DNA from: Dimorphilus gyrociliatus
Taxonomy: Eukaryota; Animalia; Annelida
DNA: 64,000 nt
Assembly: GCA_904063045.1 (NCBI GenBank)
Contig: CAJFCJ010000023.1
Coordinates: 620,001 to 684,000 of the forward strand
Reading direction: 5' to 3'
This document shows positions 24,238 to 37,600 of the stretch, in pieces. Made by a program: the position numbers and the translations under genes. Below the pieces are notes generated by a model. That model saw only the letters and a list, made by a program, of their open reading frames with translations, was not told where the DNA came from and ran no database searches. The number at the start of each line of letters is the position of its first letter. The first letter of the stretch is position 1.

Positions 24238-25579
24238 ATGAAGAACAAATATCTAAATAGAGAATTTCAAGGAATTTCAAGAGTTCTATGTCTGGGAAGT
24301 TCTTATATAATTTTGGATACACTGCAATCAACAACAATATACGCAAGTTCATACTATAACAATGGCTCCTATCCTATATCTTTAACGTCGATAGTCGCGG
24401 TAACTGAAGGAATAAAATTGCTCATATTTCTCTTATTGACTCAGTTAAAGTTGGGTGTCGCCAACACAAAACTTGCTTGGAAATTTGCACTACCTTCGAT
24501 AATTTATGCAATTAATAATAATTTACATTATCTCGCTTTAATCTACACTACACCGCCTATTTGGACAGCTTTAATGCAACTGAGACTAATAATGACTGCT
24601 GCCGTATATAGATTTATCTTTGGAAAGAGAATATCAATTTTACAAGTGAGTAGCATTAACAGTAGTATTAGTATTAGTATTTGTACTTGTACTAGTACTA
24701 ACATAGGTATTTTTATTATTGTTACTACCACTACTACTCTACTGTTTGTTGTATGAATAGTAGTGTTAGTATCACTGGCAACAGCACAGCAGAGTTGGGT
24801 AGATATTGTTGAAATACACCTTCTTATTTCTTCATTCATTCTTTCGTTCACCTTAGGTATTTGGACTTTTTCTCCTGTTTTCCGGTGTGTTACTCTCGCT
24901 GTTCATCTCTTCCAGTGAGACATTCTCCGTTAATCATTTGAATACACCTGTCGTTATAGTTTTAGCGTTGGTTGCTTCTTTTTTATCAACCGTAGGAAGT
25001 ATATTTATGGAGGCAAGTACAATTCAATTATCACTAAATAATTTCTTTCAGCTATTGTATTTCGATAATGACTAATAGCTAAAATCTAATAAATATATTC
25101 CTTTAATCTCTTCATTCATATTCTTTTCTTTTTTGTAGTTTCTCTTCAAGAATGACAGAAGATCATTTCTAGAAATGCAACTTCAATTCTACCTATTTGG
25201 ATTTGTTATCTGCACTGTAATTTGCCTGATGACTAATCAATATAAGCCTTTTAATTGGATGATCTACAGAAAAGAAAATGAACAGTTTCTATCCGTCTTA
25301 CTTACAGTTATCATTGTAACTGGAGTTCTTTCCGGTTCGGTTATAGCTTTAGTTATGAAACAATTAGACAACGTCGTTAAAATCTATGTTCAAAACCTGG
25401 GAAATATTGCTAATTCAATTGTTTGTTTTCTAGTATTTCCCGACAGATTTACGTTGTCTGTTGAATTTTTTGTTTGTTTATTGATTATTCTTATAGGTAT
25501 TGGTCTGTTTGAGAAGCAGACTACAGTCACTAAAGCTCATAATGAACGAATAAACCTCGATTCCGAGCAAGCTATCTAA
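24238..25579 (+). CDS. SLC35A-family nucleotide-sugar transporter (SLC35A4-like), 3 exons, 334 aa
   Basis: Exons 24238-24645, 24857-25012 and 25139-25579, all phase 0; 1005 nt. Multi-TM protein with FALPSIIYAINNNL, LMQLRLIMTA and MKQLDNVVKIY motifs typical of SLC35A. Intron 2 starts with GC (GAG|GCAAGT). Confidence 0.88.
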
Positions 25580-26974
25580 AAACTAAATGGATAACAACTA
25601 GGTCTTTATTCATCTATTCATTCATTCGTTCAATTATTCATTCATCCATCCATCCATCCATCCATCCATCCATCCATTTATCCATCTATCCATATATCTA
25701 TCTTTTCCTAACGTTTCAATAGTTTACAATATGCAAGAAAAGAAAACAGCGTTTTTTAAATGCTTGTGCGTAAATATTGTTATAGATCTTCTGTTTATTA
25801 CAAATAAAAACGATTTTTACCACAAATTGCATGATTTCAAAAAATAATAAGGTGACCTAAGAGGCCATTTTACAGCAGTTATTTACAGAAATATGTACAA
25901 AAATTTCAACTAGGAAAAGAAAATCTTAAACAAACAAAGAAAAAACTCCGACAAACTTTGTACAGAATTCGAGAATGTGTATCTCACTACCGTAGAAAAC
26001 CCAAAATTAGTACGTTAACCATGAAAAAAATGAAAAGAAAATGTTGAAAATCAGTTTTCGCATATACGCCAGAACAGTAGATGAATGCATACACTAAAAT
26101 GTATATACGAATATATACGCATATATACATATATATATATATCTCAATAAGTATCTATATGCATAAAAAATATATAAATTTAGATATTATATATATATAT
26201 ATATATATATAAAGATGTATAATAGTCAGGTAATTATTTACACATAAGAGAATATAAATTCTATTAAAAAGAGACAAAACGAAAAGAACGTTAGAGAATG
26301 TCATGCACAAGATGGGATAAAATATAATTTGCACAAGTTAAGCGTATGCTGCCACACAAGGAGACCTTAAAATAAGGTTCCTTTAAAAATGCTTATATAA
26401 ATTGATGAAAAAGAGAAACAAGAAAAAAGAAGAAAAAACAAAACTTCAATTCAATAGCTTAAAAAAGAAAAAGCTACTTTAAAAAGGAGACAATAAAATC
26501 AGAACTACCAATAGTTAGCTAGAAGTCTACGAACTAATATACTCTCAAAGAAAAAAACTTAGAAAATCGGAAATAACTCCTTAATTAATCACATCCCTGA
26601 TTTCACAATTTTGCAACTATCCACAAATGTACTAAAAATTTCAACAAAAAAATAAACTCTTCTAAACATTACACGCGGACACAGGGAAAAAGTAAAAACA
26701 AACTGCCAACAATTGTGTCATTTTCTAGGAATGTCTACTATCATATGTATGCTATTTAACAGGAAGAAACGACTTTTTTATTCACAGGTGTAGAAGTTAG
26801 TGACATCATAGAATAAAAACATAACAATAGTTCAGTCGAACTGTGTGGCAACAGAAAATTTAAAAAAAAAGTAAAACAAAATTTATCCCATCGGGTTCAT
26901 GAGGCTCTATACTGCAGATGATTGGGTTAGCCTGCTGCGAGATTAAGCACATGTGATATTTTATATACTACACA

Positions 26975-27330
26975 AATTGTATATATGTATATACATATAT
27001 TTAAATATATATATATATATAGATATATAAGTAAATAACATATATATATAAATATATATATATATATAAATAGATACATGTAAATATATATATACAATTT
27101 CGAACTTTATATAAATGTATATAAATATATATATAAAAATATACATATATAAATATACATCTGTACACTTTCGCTCACGCACGCCTACACACAAAGCACT
27201 CACTTCCACTAAAAATTGAAAGTGACCATTTATATATATATATATATTTATATGTAAATATTTTTTCTCTATATCTTTAATGAATATATATATATTAATA
27301 TATATTCTCATTATATACACATATGTATAT
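26975..27330. repeat. Degenerate (TA)n-rich low-complexity tract
   Basis: About 350 bp dominated by TA dinucleotides, near the KMT2E-like 3' end. It generates the spurious ORF 26961-27320. Confidence 0.85.
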
Positions 27331-27382
27331 GTTTCTTACTTACATATACATACATAGAAGAATGAATATACACCAACAAACT

Positions 27383-30300
27383 TCATCGAGTCGTTGTTCT
27401 CACACGATGAGAATAGCCCCTTGAAGAAGAATATTTTCCTGATCCTGTTCCATGATGCTGCGCATGATGTCCATAATAACTCACTTGCCCTCTATGTGAG
27501 TTATGATCGCTTCCACCTCGTTGTCTATAAGAATTTTGGTGGTGGTGTTGCTGATGGTAATTAGTTATATCGAGTCTATGGTGGGTATCAAATCTGGGTG
27601 AAGGCCGCCTATGATCATGATGTGATCTCGAGCGGCTAAAATGCTGGCGGTGATTTTGTTGATCAAAACCCAATGAACTATTTTGTGGAGCTGGGTAATA
27701 ATGGGCTCGCTGTTGTCGAACATCATGCGCCAATGCAGGATTAGATTGTTGTTTTTTATCAACAGATCTTTGATTTGTGCTCTCCTCATCTGCAATGTAA
27801 AAAAAAATTTTTGTTAACCGAATTAAAATCATATTGATAGATATTTACCGTCAGCTTCTACGTCAACACCGAAGCACTTTTTTAATCTTTCGTTTAAAGA
27901 TAATTGGGTACTATCTGGCTTTGAAAACATTGGTAAGGGCTCCAGTGTCACCTCTTTTCGCCTTGGGGGAGGTGGAGGAGGTGGAGTGTCTTCTTCCATG
28001 TTGAACAATATAGGGGGCGGAGGTAAGCTGGAAGATGGCGACTTCGTTGAGCTGTCTTCAGCTGCTGTTTTCTTTCTCTCTTGTGTGTCACTTTTTAAAG
28101 CAATACCTTGTTGCTTTTTTCTTGTTTTATAAGCTTCTAGTGAAAGAGTTCGTTTACCCTCGGACCTGCTATTGGATAATGATATCGTGTAAAAGATATG
28201 TTTTATTTTGAATACATTTTAAAAATGCAATATAAAATCCTAATTGCATTTAAGACTATACACTTTTTTCAATTACCTGGTTCGTTCAGGTTCCGAATTA
28301 GGTCTCTCTGGGGTATTACCTTCAGGTGGTGTTTCTCGCTCGTCAAGGGTTGGTGTCGACGGAGTTTCGTCAAAAGTACTACCTCCGCCACCAAACTTTG
28401 AGGTTAGAAAACTTAAATGTGCATCATTTACATTTGGTCTAGCAGGAGAGCGTTTTAAAGGTGATCTTGAATTATCGTCACTCTCAGTTTCATCTCTCTC
28501 CTCTGTTCTATCACCACCACCACCCTCATCATCTCCATCATTTCCAGTTTCGCCTATTACTTCAGCTGGAGTTAGAAGCGTTGGAGGACTTAGAGGTACT
28601 TCAGCAGATTGTTTCGAAGTGGAATTTTGAGCCGGTGCATCAGATTCTTCCAATGGGAAACGACGCTTTTTCAAAGGGCCTAAACGCTCGGAAGAAGAAA
28701 GTATCGGCTGAGGAGAGGAAGGTCTACTCGTTTGAACTGCACTGTCACTTCCCGGTGAACTGCAATTTTCATTCATAGCTTGTTTCAACCATCTCTGCAA
28801 AAATTGACATTTGAGTTGTGTAAATGAAATTGTAATTTACTCAAAAATATATCTAAGAGTTGTCTTTTTACCTTTTTGCTGGCTCCAGCTCCATACTGAT
28901 CAGGACTGATATTAGTTGGAGAGGAGGCTCTTCTCACTCTGGTCAAGTTGCTTTCTTCGTTCTTTTTTTCTTGTAGCCACTCGTTCATAATGTGCTTCCT
29001 TCTCGAAAAGCAAAATGATGAATTCCCTACTGGCTCAGAGGATGCAGGCGTAACGGGCGCGCTTGTTTGACATTCATCAGTTGTAGCGCCATCTGCCGAT
29101 TGATCTACTGAACTTTGGCTATTCTTTCTTGATTGATGACGTCCGCCCTGGCCACCCCTCTTTCTTTTTCTTCCTCTTGTCGAATATTCCCGCGGTTTCT
29201 GCTATATAACAAAGTAAGTATAATTAACTAACCTTAAATAATTACAAGAATTACTATCTCAAAAAAATATAGACCTATTCATTTATTAAACCTTCTCTAG
29301 ATAAAGCTTATCATTATTTAAAAAAATATTAATATATATAAATTCCTGTTAGAGAATCACTAATTTTCCACGGCACATGAAAATTTCAATGTTTTAGCAC
29401 TTCTCGTTAAAATTAATTCAATAACTATATAATCCTTTTCTGAAGGGAACTTTTTTTAATGACTGACCTCGTCTTCTCCTGATGTAAATCTTGCTGTTCT
29501 CTTCTGACGTCCTTCTTTTTTCCGAGCATCTCTTTTTTCATTCATTTGAATCAAATGAACGTATTGCTGAATTTTTCGTTCTTCTCTTGTTAACTTTTTC
29601 GGTTCAGGAGATGCATCGAGTTCTTCATCACTATCATCTTCTTCGGCAGTTTGATCTTTTTGTGGTGAAATCGGTGGAGTTTTCTTAGAAAAATTTGCGC
29701 TGCCCGCTGATGAGTTCCTTCTTCTTACCACTTCAGGTTGACCATTCGTCACAATTTGGTTTTTTGAATGTCTTTTCTTTCTCTGTGGTGGGGTCTTCGG
29801 TATATGTTCAGGAATTTCAGGTTCTTCGATTTTTTCTTCTAATTTTTTAATTTCTTCTGGAAGTGTTTCTTCAATTGGAAGCTCTTCTTCCTCAGAAATT
29901 TCTTCTTCGCGTTCCTCTTTTTCTTCCTCTTCGTCTTTTTCCTCCTCTTTGGAATTTTTTCTTCTCATAAAACGTTCAATTGGACAGTTGTACTTTCCGC
30001 AAGCACAATGAGTGTAGAATGGTACCGATTTATAATCGTAATCGAAAGGTATACTAATTTCGATGCCTTTTGAAATGCTCTGCGAAGCGACGACAAACAT
30101 TTGCAGGTTATCATCTTTGAAGAAATGCCGAAGCTATTGAAAAACAAGTTTTTTTAATTAGATTAGAATTTAGATTTATACATAAATCTCAATAATTATA
30201 AATAAAATTATACATCTTTTATATTATACGAAACAAAAATGATACTTACTTCAGCGTTTGGTGTGCAAGACCGTCTAACATATCTAGCAATATTATCACA

Positions 30301-31434
30301 CCCTTCGCTTAAATCAGCAAACAAAACGATACTGTTGTCAAGTTCGGGACTGGAGTAAATGACCAACCGAGATAAAAATAATTCGTCTCTCATTATGTCC
30401 ATTAATTCTGTTCTCGAGCATTCTCGAACATTTCCTATGTATTCTAATATTGTTGTCCCGCTTCGAATATCCTCACTAGCCTCAACGTGTTTTGTTCCAG
30501 GCATAATTTCCATCACTTCGCACATTCGTGGAGGAACTTCAATACTCATTATATTGAAGTTGTCCGATTTTCTCCGCCGAAATCGTCTTGGTTTTATGAG
30601 CTTGTTAGTTGTCCTTGCACCCCGTCCACTTGGGCGACCTCTGCCAGCAATACGACCACGACCCCTACCTTCACCTTTTCGAAAAATATCAATTATATTT
30701 TAAATATTTTTTATTTATATAAATATGTTTATTTATTAAAAAAGCTTGCTTACTTTTGAATAGATCCGTTCTCGTTTTCATATATATATGTTGTTGCTTT
30801 TTAGCAAAACTGGTATCAACTTCTCGAGGATCACATCCTTCACATAAGTAGCACTCAGGTACATTGTCTGGAAATATACCGAAACACCTGCAATGCTGCC
30901 AAACTCTACATCTATCGCATTGAATCATAAATCCATCGTCATGTTGTAAGCCACATATACATCTCGTAACTTCACCACCATAATCAGACACGTCGCTTAG
31001 GGTCTCCTCTCTACCGATATCTCCATTTAAAGAAGCCGAATCTTCTAATCGTAAGTCAACTGTTTCTTGGGCGTCATCTGTATCTTCGTCTTGCTGATGA
31101 CCATTGATTCTTGGACTTTTTGGAGGCGGCGCAACATAATTATGATCTCTTGGCTTTAGACCTAAATTATAAAAGTAGAGTTTATAGTGATCGACGATTC
31201 GATTGGATATTTTACAGAGAGCATACCTAAGATCGTAGGGACACCTAAGAGCTTGGTGTTTGAAGATGGTGATGGTCGGGCACAATAGTTGTGGTCTGGA
31301 TGGGGCAGGAAGGAATCAACATCAGGTATAGGGTTCTTCTGAACTAAATCAACTGCTTTGAAAAGCACATCCAGGTTGTCTGTTTGACCAGTTGAGCCAT
31401 TGTTCGTGTCGCCATTTATTGACGATGACAACAT
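27383..31434 (-). CDS. KMT2E/SETD5: KMT2E(MLL5)/SETD5/UpSET-like PHD-finger and degenerate SET-domain protein, 8 coding exons, about 1093 aa
   Basis: Exons (minus): 31434-31227, 31161-30754 (DHNY; PHD TRCICGLQHDDGFMIQCDRCRVWQHCRC...CEGC), 30674-30250 (SET N-part, ARYVRRSCTPNAE), 30133-29468 (SET C-part/post-SET CACGKYNC; KLTREERKIQ), 29201-28872, 28794-28277 (KKRWLKQA), 28168-27849 (LSLEAYK; LSLNERLK..FG), 27789-27383. Phases are consistent; 3282 nt. RRSC in place of NHSC is characteristic of this catalytically degenerate family. Likely 5'UTR exons are 32198-32144 and one ending at 33334. Confidence 0.92.
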
Positions 31435-33449
31435 TCCGCATTATGTAGACAAAATACCTAAAATATATTATTTTCAAATATTAATTATCTATACATTTTA
31501 GTAAAAAAACAAACGAAGAAAAAAGATATATAGGGCTAAAGCGAATTATTAAATATATAAATGATACATTCCCAGAAACATTAATGACAAAAATAAATTA
31601 CTTTGCCATAAACAATGGAGTCAATAAGTGAATTTCGATTATTCCATCGTCTAGTTACTTTCGAGAAATAAAACCTATATTGAATGTAAAATAAAGAAGG
31701 GAGGATCTGCCTATTTAATAATTCACCTACACTGTTGAGATTACATTGACACCCATATGAATTTATTACTTTCCTCGTGTTGTTAATTTAAGTTTGCAAT
31801 TATCTGGATAAATGTTAGGAACGCTAAAAAGGTTATATAAATTTTTCTTACATAAGAAGTCTTCAGATGTGATATATAAAATGAACTATAAATACAGTAA
31901 GAGACTACGCATGGCGGATAATGCGATCAATATTACTTTGTTCTTGTCTCCAGTTCTAACAATAAGTACAGGTTCAATAAAGGTATTACCTGTAAATGAT
32001 AAATTTTTACTAATCCTTAAAATTAACAAAAACCAGTGTAAATTGTTATGTAAAAATTGGCACAGATGATCTTATCGTGCATATATTGTGTGTGTGTGTG
32101 TGTAGGTAGTTCTTTCAACACGATTTAATCGAGATTAGCTTACCTTGCGAAATAGCTTATTTTTCTTCTTTCCAACAAGTACTCGTAAAATGAATATTCT
32201 GTGAAAAGACAAATGTTACAATATTTTGCATAAATAGAATAATACAATATATAATAGAAAAACTTTCATGATTATAAACAAGCTGCATTTTCTTTCTCAA
32301 TATAAATGTGGCCTAAATATTTCATAAAACAGTTAAGTAGAGTAAATTCTATAGTAAGCAATATTTAGGGCTAAAGTAAAGTATGTTCGACTTTGTAAAC
32401 AAAACAAAATATCGATTACTGCTTCTACGAATATTTCTATAGGAAAGAGAGCGAGAGCGAGAGAATGAAATTTTAAAGCAATTATACTGTTTTTTACACT
32501 GGACGATGATTTTAATTCTATCAGGATAATGTTTGCATTATCAATTTCTAGTTTTATATACTGTATACATAAAAAAATACTACATAGATAGTTTCTACCT
32601 TAAAGTAGTAAGTATAACAGATGTGGCAGATTAATAAAATGAATATTTTACTTTATATAAAGCAAAATCGTTAGCCTTTTCAAATTCGAAATTTATTAAT
32701 TATTATAATTTTTTTAAAAATAAAAACACTAAATAAGGAGATTGTTAATAGATAGGTAGTTAGTTAAAACAGAAAGAATAGAGGAAGAAAGAACGAAGGA
32801 GGGCAAGAAAGAATGAATGGTCTTTCTATACTTACTATAATACTAACAATAATAATAATAATTTCAAATAATAAGTAAAAATACAAAGGAATATTAGGGA
32901 GCTTTTTATCAATTAATTATAGAAAAGTAAAAAAAAAAACTTTCTATAGATAAGTAAAAAAAAGCAGGAAAAAAAGAACGAACAAGTTGATGTAGAGAAA
33001 TATACAAAAAGAAATATGTATTTAATATTTGTTAGAAAGTAACATAATAAGACAAAAAACAATCTCTTTACATATTACTTCTCAGACGATACAAAAGCTT
33101 TGGAATTTTCCAATCGTATATTCTTGGTAATCTCAATTGTTTTTCAACATAATTTCTATACTTACTAACTAAACAAATGAGATTTTATAATATAACTGTT
33201 AAGTATAATATAATAATGGCGGCAAGTACCTTTTATCTAATTTATATATTCCCAAATTGTTCAAAATTTTAAAAAAAAATGACGTCGTAAAAACCCTAAT
33301 AAATAATCTAATAGAATATTGAAATAAACTAACCTGAACTTGTCAGTATCCAGGCAAAATTTAAGAGAACGTCACAGGTCAAAACGGAATTTCAGAGCAC
33401 GCTGAAATTTCCGTGAATTTTAGCACAATTTCGCTTTAATATTCACGTT

Positions 33450-33690
33450 TCCACGCCGACAAAAAGAATTAATGCTTTAAGATCGACGTAATTTGACATT
33501 TTTTTTCAAAATTCGCTGAATGACACGTGAAAAATTCGATGAAAATTATAAGTTGTACAAGAAATATGGCTACTGTTATTAAATGGGAAATAACAAACAT
33601 GGCGGACGAGATTTTATAAACGAGATTGACGCCTTGGCTACGAAAATAGTTTTTGCACTGATTCCATAAAAAACAGCGGGAAATGTAAAA
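33450..33690. promoter_or_regulatory. Candidate bidirectional promoter between KMT2E-like (-) and CAPS (+)
   Basis: CpG-containing segment with E-box CACGTG (33524-33529) and YY1-like AAACATGGCGG (33595-33605), directly upstream of the KMT2E-like first exon (donor at 33333). Confidence 0.45.
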
Positions 33691-34513
33691 TAGATTTGTA
33701 ATTGACTTTGGCTTTTCATATATTAATATCATGGAAAAGAGAAGGTTTATTAATTAAATAGAACGATTCAAGAGAAATAGTCAGGCATCAATTGATAGAT
33801 TAAGAATCCGACAAATCAATATTCTAAAATAAGAGAAACTTAGCATTTAGCAAAGCTAAGCATATTATAAATTCAATATAATTCATTCTACTAATATATT
33901 AATAGATTAGTGAAATTTTTTAGTATGTTAGTTATTTTTAATGAAATACAAGAAATAAAAGAATGTATTAATGAAAAGATCATATATTATTTCGGAAAGA
34001 GAAAGAAGAGGTTATTTATTCCTTAATCTTGTTAATAAATAAGAATTTTACAATAGATTTACATTTCTTATTTATAATTTTGTTTAAAATATTATATCAT
34101 TTGGTTAAATTGCTTTTTTATTATCATTACTGTCGCGTTAAACATTCCCTACTCTTTTAAAATTACTTTTTGTTGATACACTATTTTATGTTATATTTTT
34201 TCAATTAATAACATTTGTCCGGGGGGTTTTGTTGTTCAAAGGGTTGAAAGATTTGCTTGCTAGGGCCTTTTTCGCCTATGAATGAAACTTTCTTAAGAAA
34301 TATTTATTGAATAGAATTCTGTAAAACGACCTCTCCTTGTTATTCATCATCCGATAGGTGGCTCTTTTTAATTTATGATAATAAAACGAGAAAATCCGAG
34401 ATCGAGAATTTTACCTAATATTTTCACTTTTTAACTGGGCCTGGTTAAAGGAAATTTAAATTACAACTTTGTTTATTGGACCATTGAAAAATTTTGAAAT
34501 ACGAAGTTTGTGT

Positions 34514-34535
34514 GGGCGTTGCGCATGCGTCAGAA
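34514..34535 (+). promoter_or_regulatory. NRF1-like palindromic site upstream of the CAPS start codon
   Basis: TGCGCATGCG at 34520-34529, about 100 nt upstream of the ATG at 34626. Confidence 0.45.
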
Positions 34536-34625
34536 ATGAAGATGACAACTCTGCAACACTAGACTGGAATTAATATTTAGAAAGCATCTAAAATTTCGAC
34601 ATTTCTCGATCTTTGAACGAAAAGT

Positions 34626-37600
34626 ATGTTGGAACCTAGCTCTAGTGAGGAGGATAATCCCGATGTGCAAGATGAAGAAGAAATTGAACAGAAACCCAGT
34701 TCAGGCATCCCAGGGACGACAAACGTTGATTCCATTAGTCAATCTGGTCACGCTCAACAATTCGATCGATGTTTTTTAGCAAATCGAGGTAGATATGAGA
34801 GTTAATTTTTAACTAAATGTTTACGAACGAATAAATTAAATTATCTGGTTTAATAATAATCTCTTTCCCGGGGGAAGTTCTATCTCTTTGATACAATTGA
34901 ACCAATTGTTGACAAATAAATTTTCAAAACCACTTGATGACAACAAAAATATTGTATTGCTGCTTCTTTTTTGAAAACCAAAATTTTGTAAATAGCTAGT
35001 CGTCTGCTTCAGAATTTGATCTATCATCCTGAAATTTATTATAATTAAGTATAAAATGTAGAGTAGGATATTTAGTAATATCCGTGTCGTACTGATCAAG
35101 TACTAGTTAATATCTAACATTTGGAAAGATTAAAGCGTACGTAAATATAACGTCAATGGAAAATCTTTAAAGATTCACACAGCTGCTGTAATATGAATGA
35201 ATTAATTGATAGACAACAGAAATGTACTCATTAAACCGAAACAACAACAACGATTTATTCTTCTACTTCCATGTGGCGTTTATATAAAATATGTTAACAG
35301 TGCAAATAAATAAATAAAAAATCCTTATATTAATTTATATTTTGTGCAGATAAATAGAAAGATAGGAACGTTACTTGAATTGTTTTAGTGAGGAGAGAGA
35401 GAGAGAGAGACGGGAGGAAGTAACTAGATGGTTATATATATATATATATATATATTAGTATATATAAACTATGTGTGTTTGTTTAGAGAAACATAGTGAT
35501 GGATAGAATACCTCATTAATACAGTTTATACAAGTATTACTTAAAAGTTAATTGATTATTTATTAATAAATTAACTCCTCTTCTCTTATTCTAGTTTTGT
35601 TGATCACAAATTGAAATTGTATGTCGTGTTCTAATAATTAAAATGATCTCAAGATGAAAAGGTGAATTACTTATTAGTGAGAAAAGAAGCACTCTTCTCG
35701 TCACTGCCTTTTTAATCAGTTAAAGATTATTTATTTTATTGTTTAACATAAGAAATAATATCTCATTCTTGGAAAAATTATATTAATTCTCTATTAGAAA
35801 TATCTTTAATTTTCCAACTATTTACTCTTTTAGCTTCTGTTTGATTCGTTTATGTTATATAATTATTTATTATTTATTTATCCTACTACTGCATTAGCCA
35901 TTGCGGGAAAATAATCGCTATGACATTTTTTCACTGTGAAATAATTGTTTCCAACGGATATTTTACAAAATACTTGGCTAATTAATTGTTCAATAATTTC
36001 AGGCTTCATTAATTATTCACTTTTAATCAGTGTTAGTCCTATAAGTTTGTAATGTTTTTTGTTTTTTTATCTATGATGATAAGTGCTCTCTTTAAGCCAT
36101 TTGTTTCAGTTTCTTCCCTCTCTCTTCAGTTTTCTATATTTTTTATTTATATTAGTTAAGTTGTAAGATACTTGAAAAAATCACTATAACAATAATATTA
36201 GAGCCTTTTTAATATATTTATTATAAAGAAAACTAGCAAACAAACACACACTCACTCACACGCATGAGCAAAAATAGAAAAAGAGCTTTTTTCTTTCGTG
36301 CGTTCCATCTCTTTTCTTTCGTTCTTTCTTTCTATCTCTCTCTCACTCTCTCTCTCTTTCTCTCTCCTCTACCTTTTTTATATTACTATTAAATTAATAT
36401 TGCCTATAAGAGACTTAAAGCGGAAGTAAAAAGTGTCAAATTCAAGGTAATCAAATTTAGAGACATTGCTTTGAATAGAGGTGATACAAGATATGCTTGT
36501 TTTTGACGCCAGTATTCATTACTCTCTGGCTTTTACGCTTGTCTCTCTCTCTCATTGTCTTTTTTATTCTCCGTCTACAATGATTTTTATATTTATATAA
36601 TGTTCTTATTCAATAATTTAACGATTACCGATAATAATGATAATAATAAAACATCCATCTTTAGCTTTGTACAGAAAAAAAACTTATCTAATTCTTTTTC
36701 AGGTTCTCCAAAATATAATAGGAGACCCAGACCTGAAGCAGATTCGGCTCCGTCGCCTAGATTTGATAGAAAATCTGAACCAAGCTATAGAAGGCCCGCG
36801 TCGGGGTCGAGCTCGTCTCAAAGGGCCCCTTCGCCGAGTCCCTCGCTTGTCTCCGAAAGAGAAGAGGCCGCCGAAGAGCAAAGGCAAAAGGAGGAGGAGA
36901 ATAGGCGTCGAAAAATGCAGCTTTACGTTTTTGTTCTAAGGTGCATTGCCTACCCATTTAATGCAAAACAACCTACCGATATGGCTAGACGTCAGTTAAA
37001 AGTCAACAAGGAACAACTTAAGGTCATCAAAGAGAGATTTAACGCCTTTTTAAATTCGGAAACCAAAGTCTCAACTGATGCTGCTCTTCAGAATGCTATT
37101 AAGAATTACACCGAAGTATTTCTGAAATCTGATAGGCTAGCCTGTATGGTAGATGGAGGAGGATGTAGTTCTAATGATTTTAGAGAAGTTTTTCGGCAAA
37201 GTATCGAAAGAAGACTTAGAAATATGCCGGATTTGGAAGGATTACCTAAAGAAACTGTTATTGCTAACTGGATGAGTAAATTCGATCAGATTTACAGAGG
37301 AGAGGAAGATCAAAGAAAACAATCTAGATATTCCAATAACTCGGAAGTAATTATGGCAAAGGAACAGCTTTACGACATGTTTCAAAGGATATTGGACATA
37401 AAAAAATATGAACATCAAATTTTACACAATGATATGCAGGTTAGTGACATTTTTACTATCGGACTTTGCCTTCTTTTATATTTGCTAAATCAAATGTAAT
37501 AAGCAAAAAAATAAGGTAATATTTATATCTTGCAAACAAGCTTTATGCGGTGTGATTTCTCTCCAACCATATTTTAGTTGTGGAGGCAATTTCTAAGCGT

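Noticed and set aside
28198-30759. Several plus-strand ORFs (28244-28630, 28461-28778, 30359-30703 and others)
   Set aside because: Antisense to KMT2E-like coding exons.
36411-36446. 36-nt exon-like segment with an ETS-like GCGGAAGT in CAPS intron 1
   Set aside because: Introduces an immediate stop in the CAPS frame, has no ATG and a weak acceptor; not enough support for an alternative first exon.
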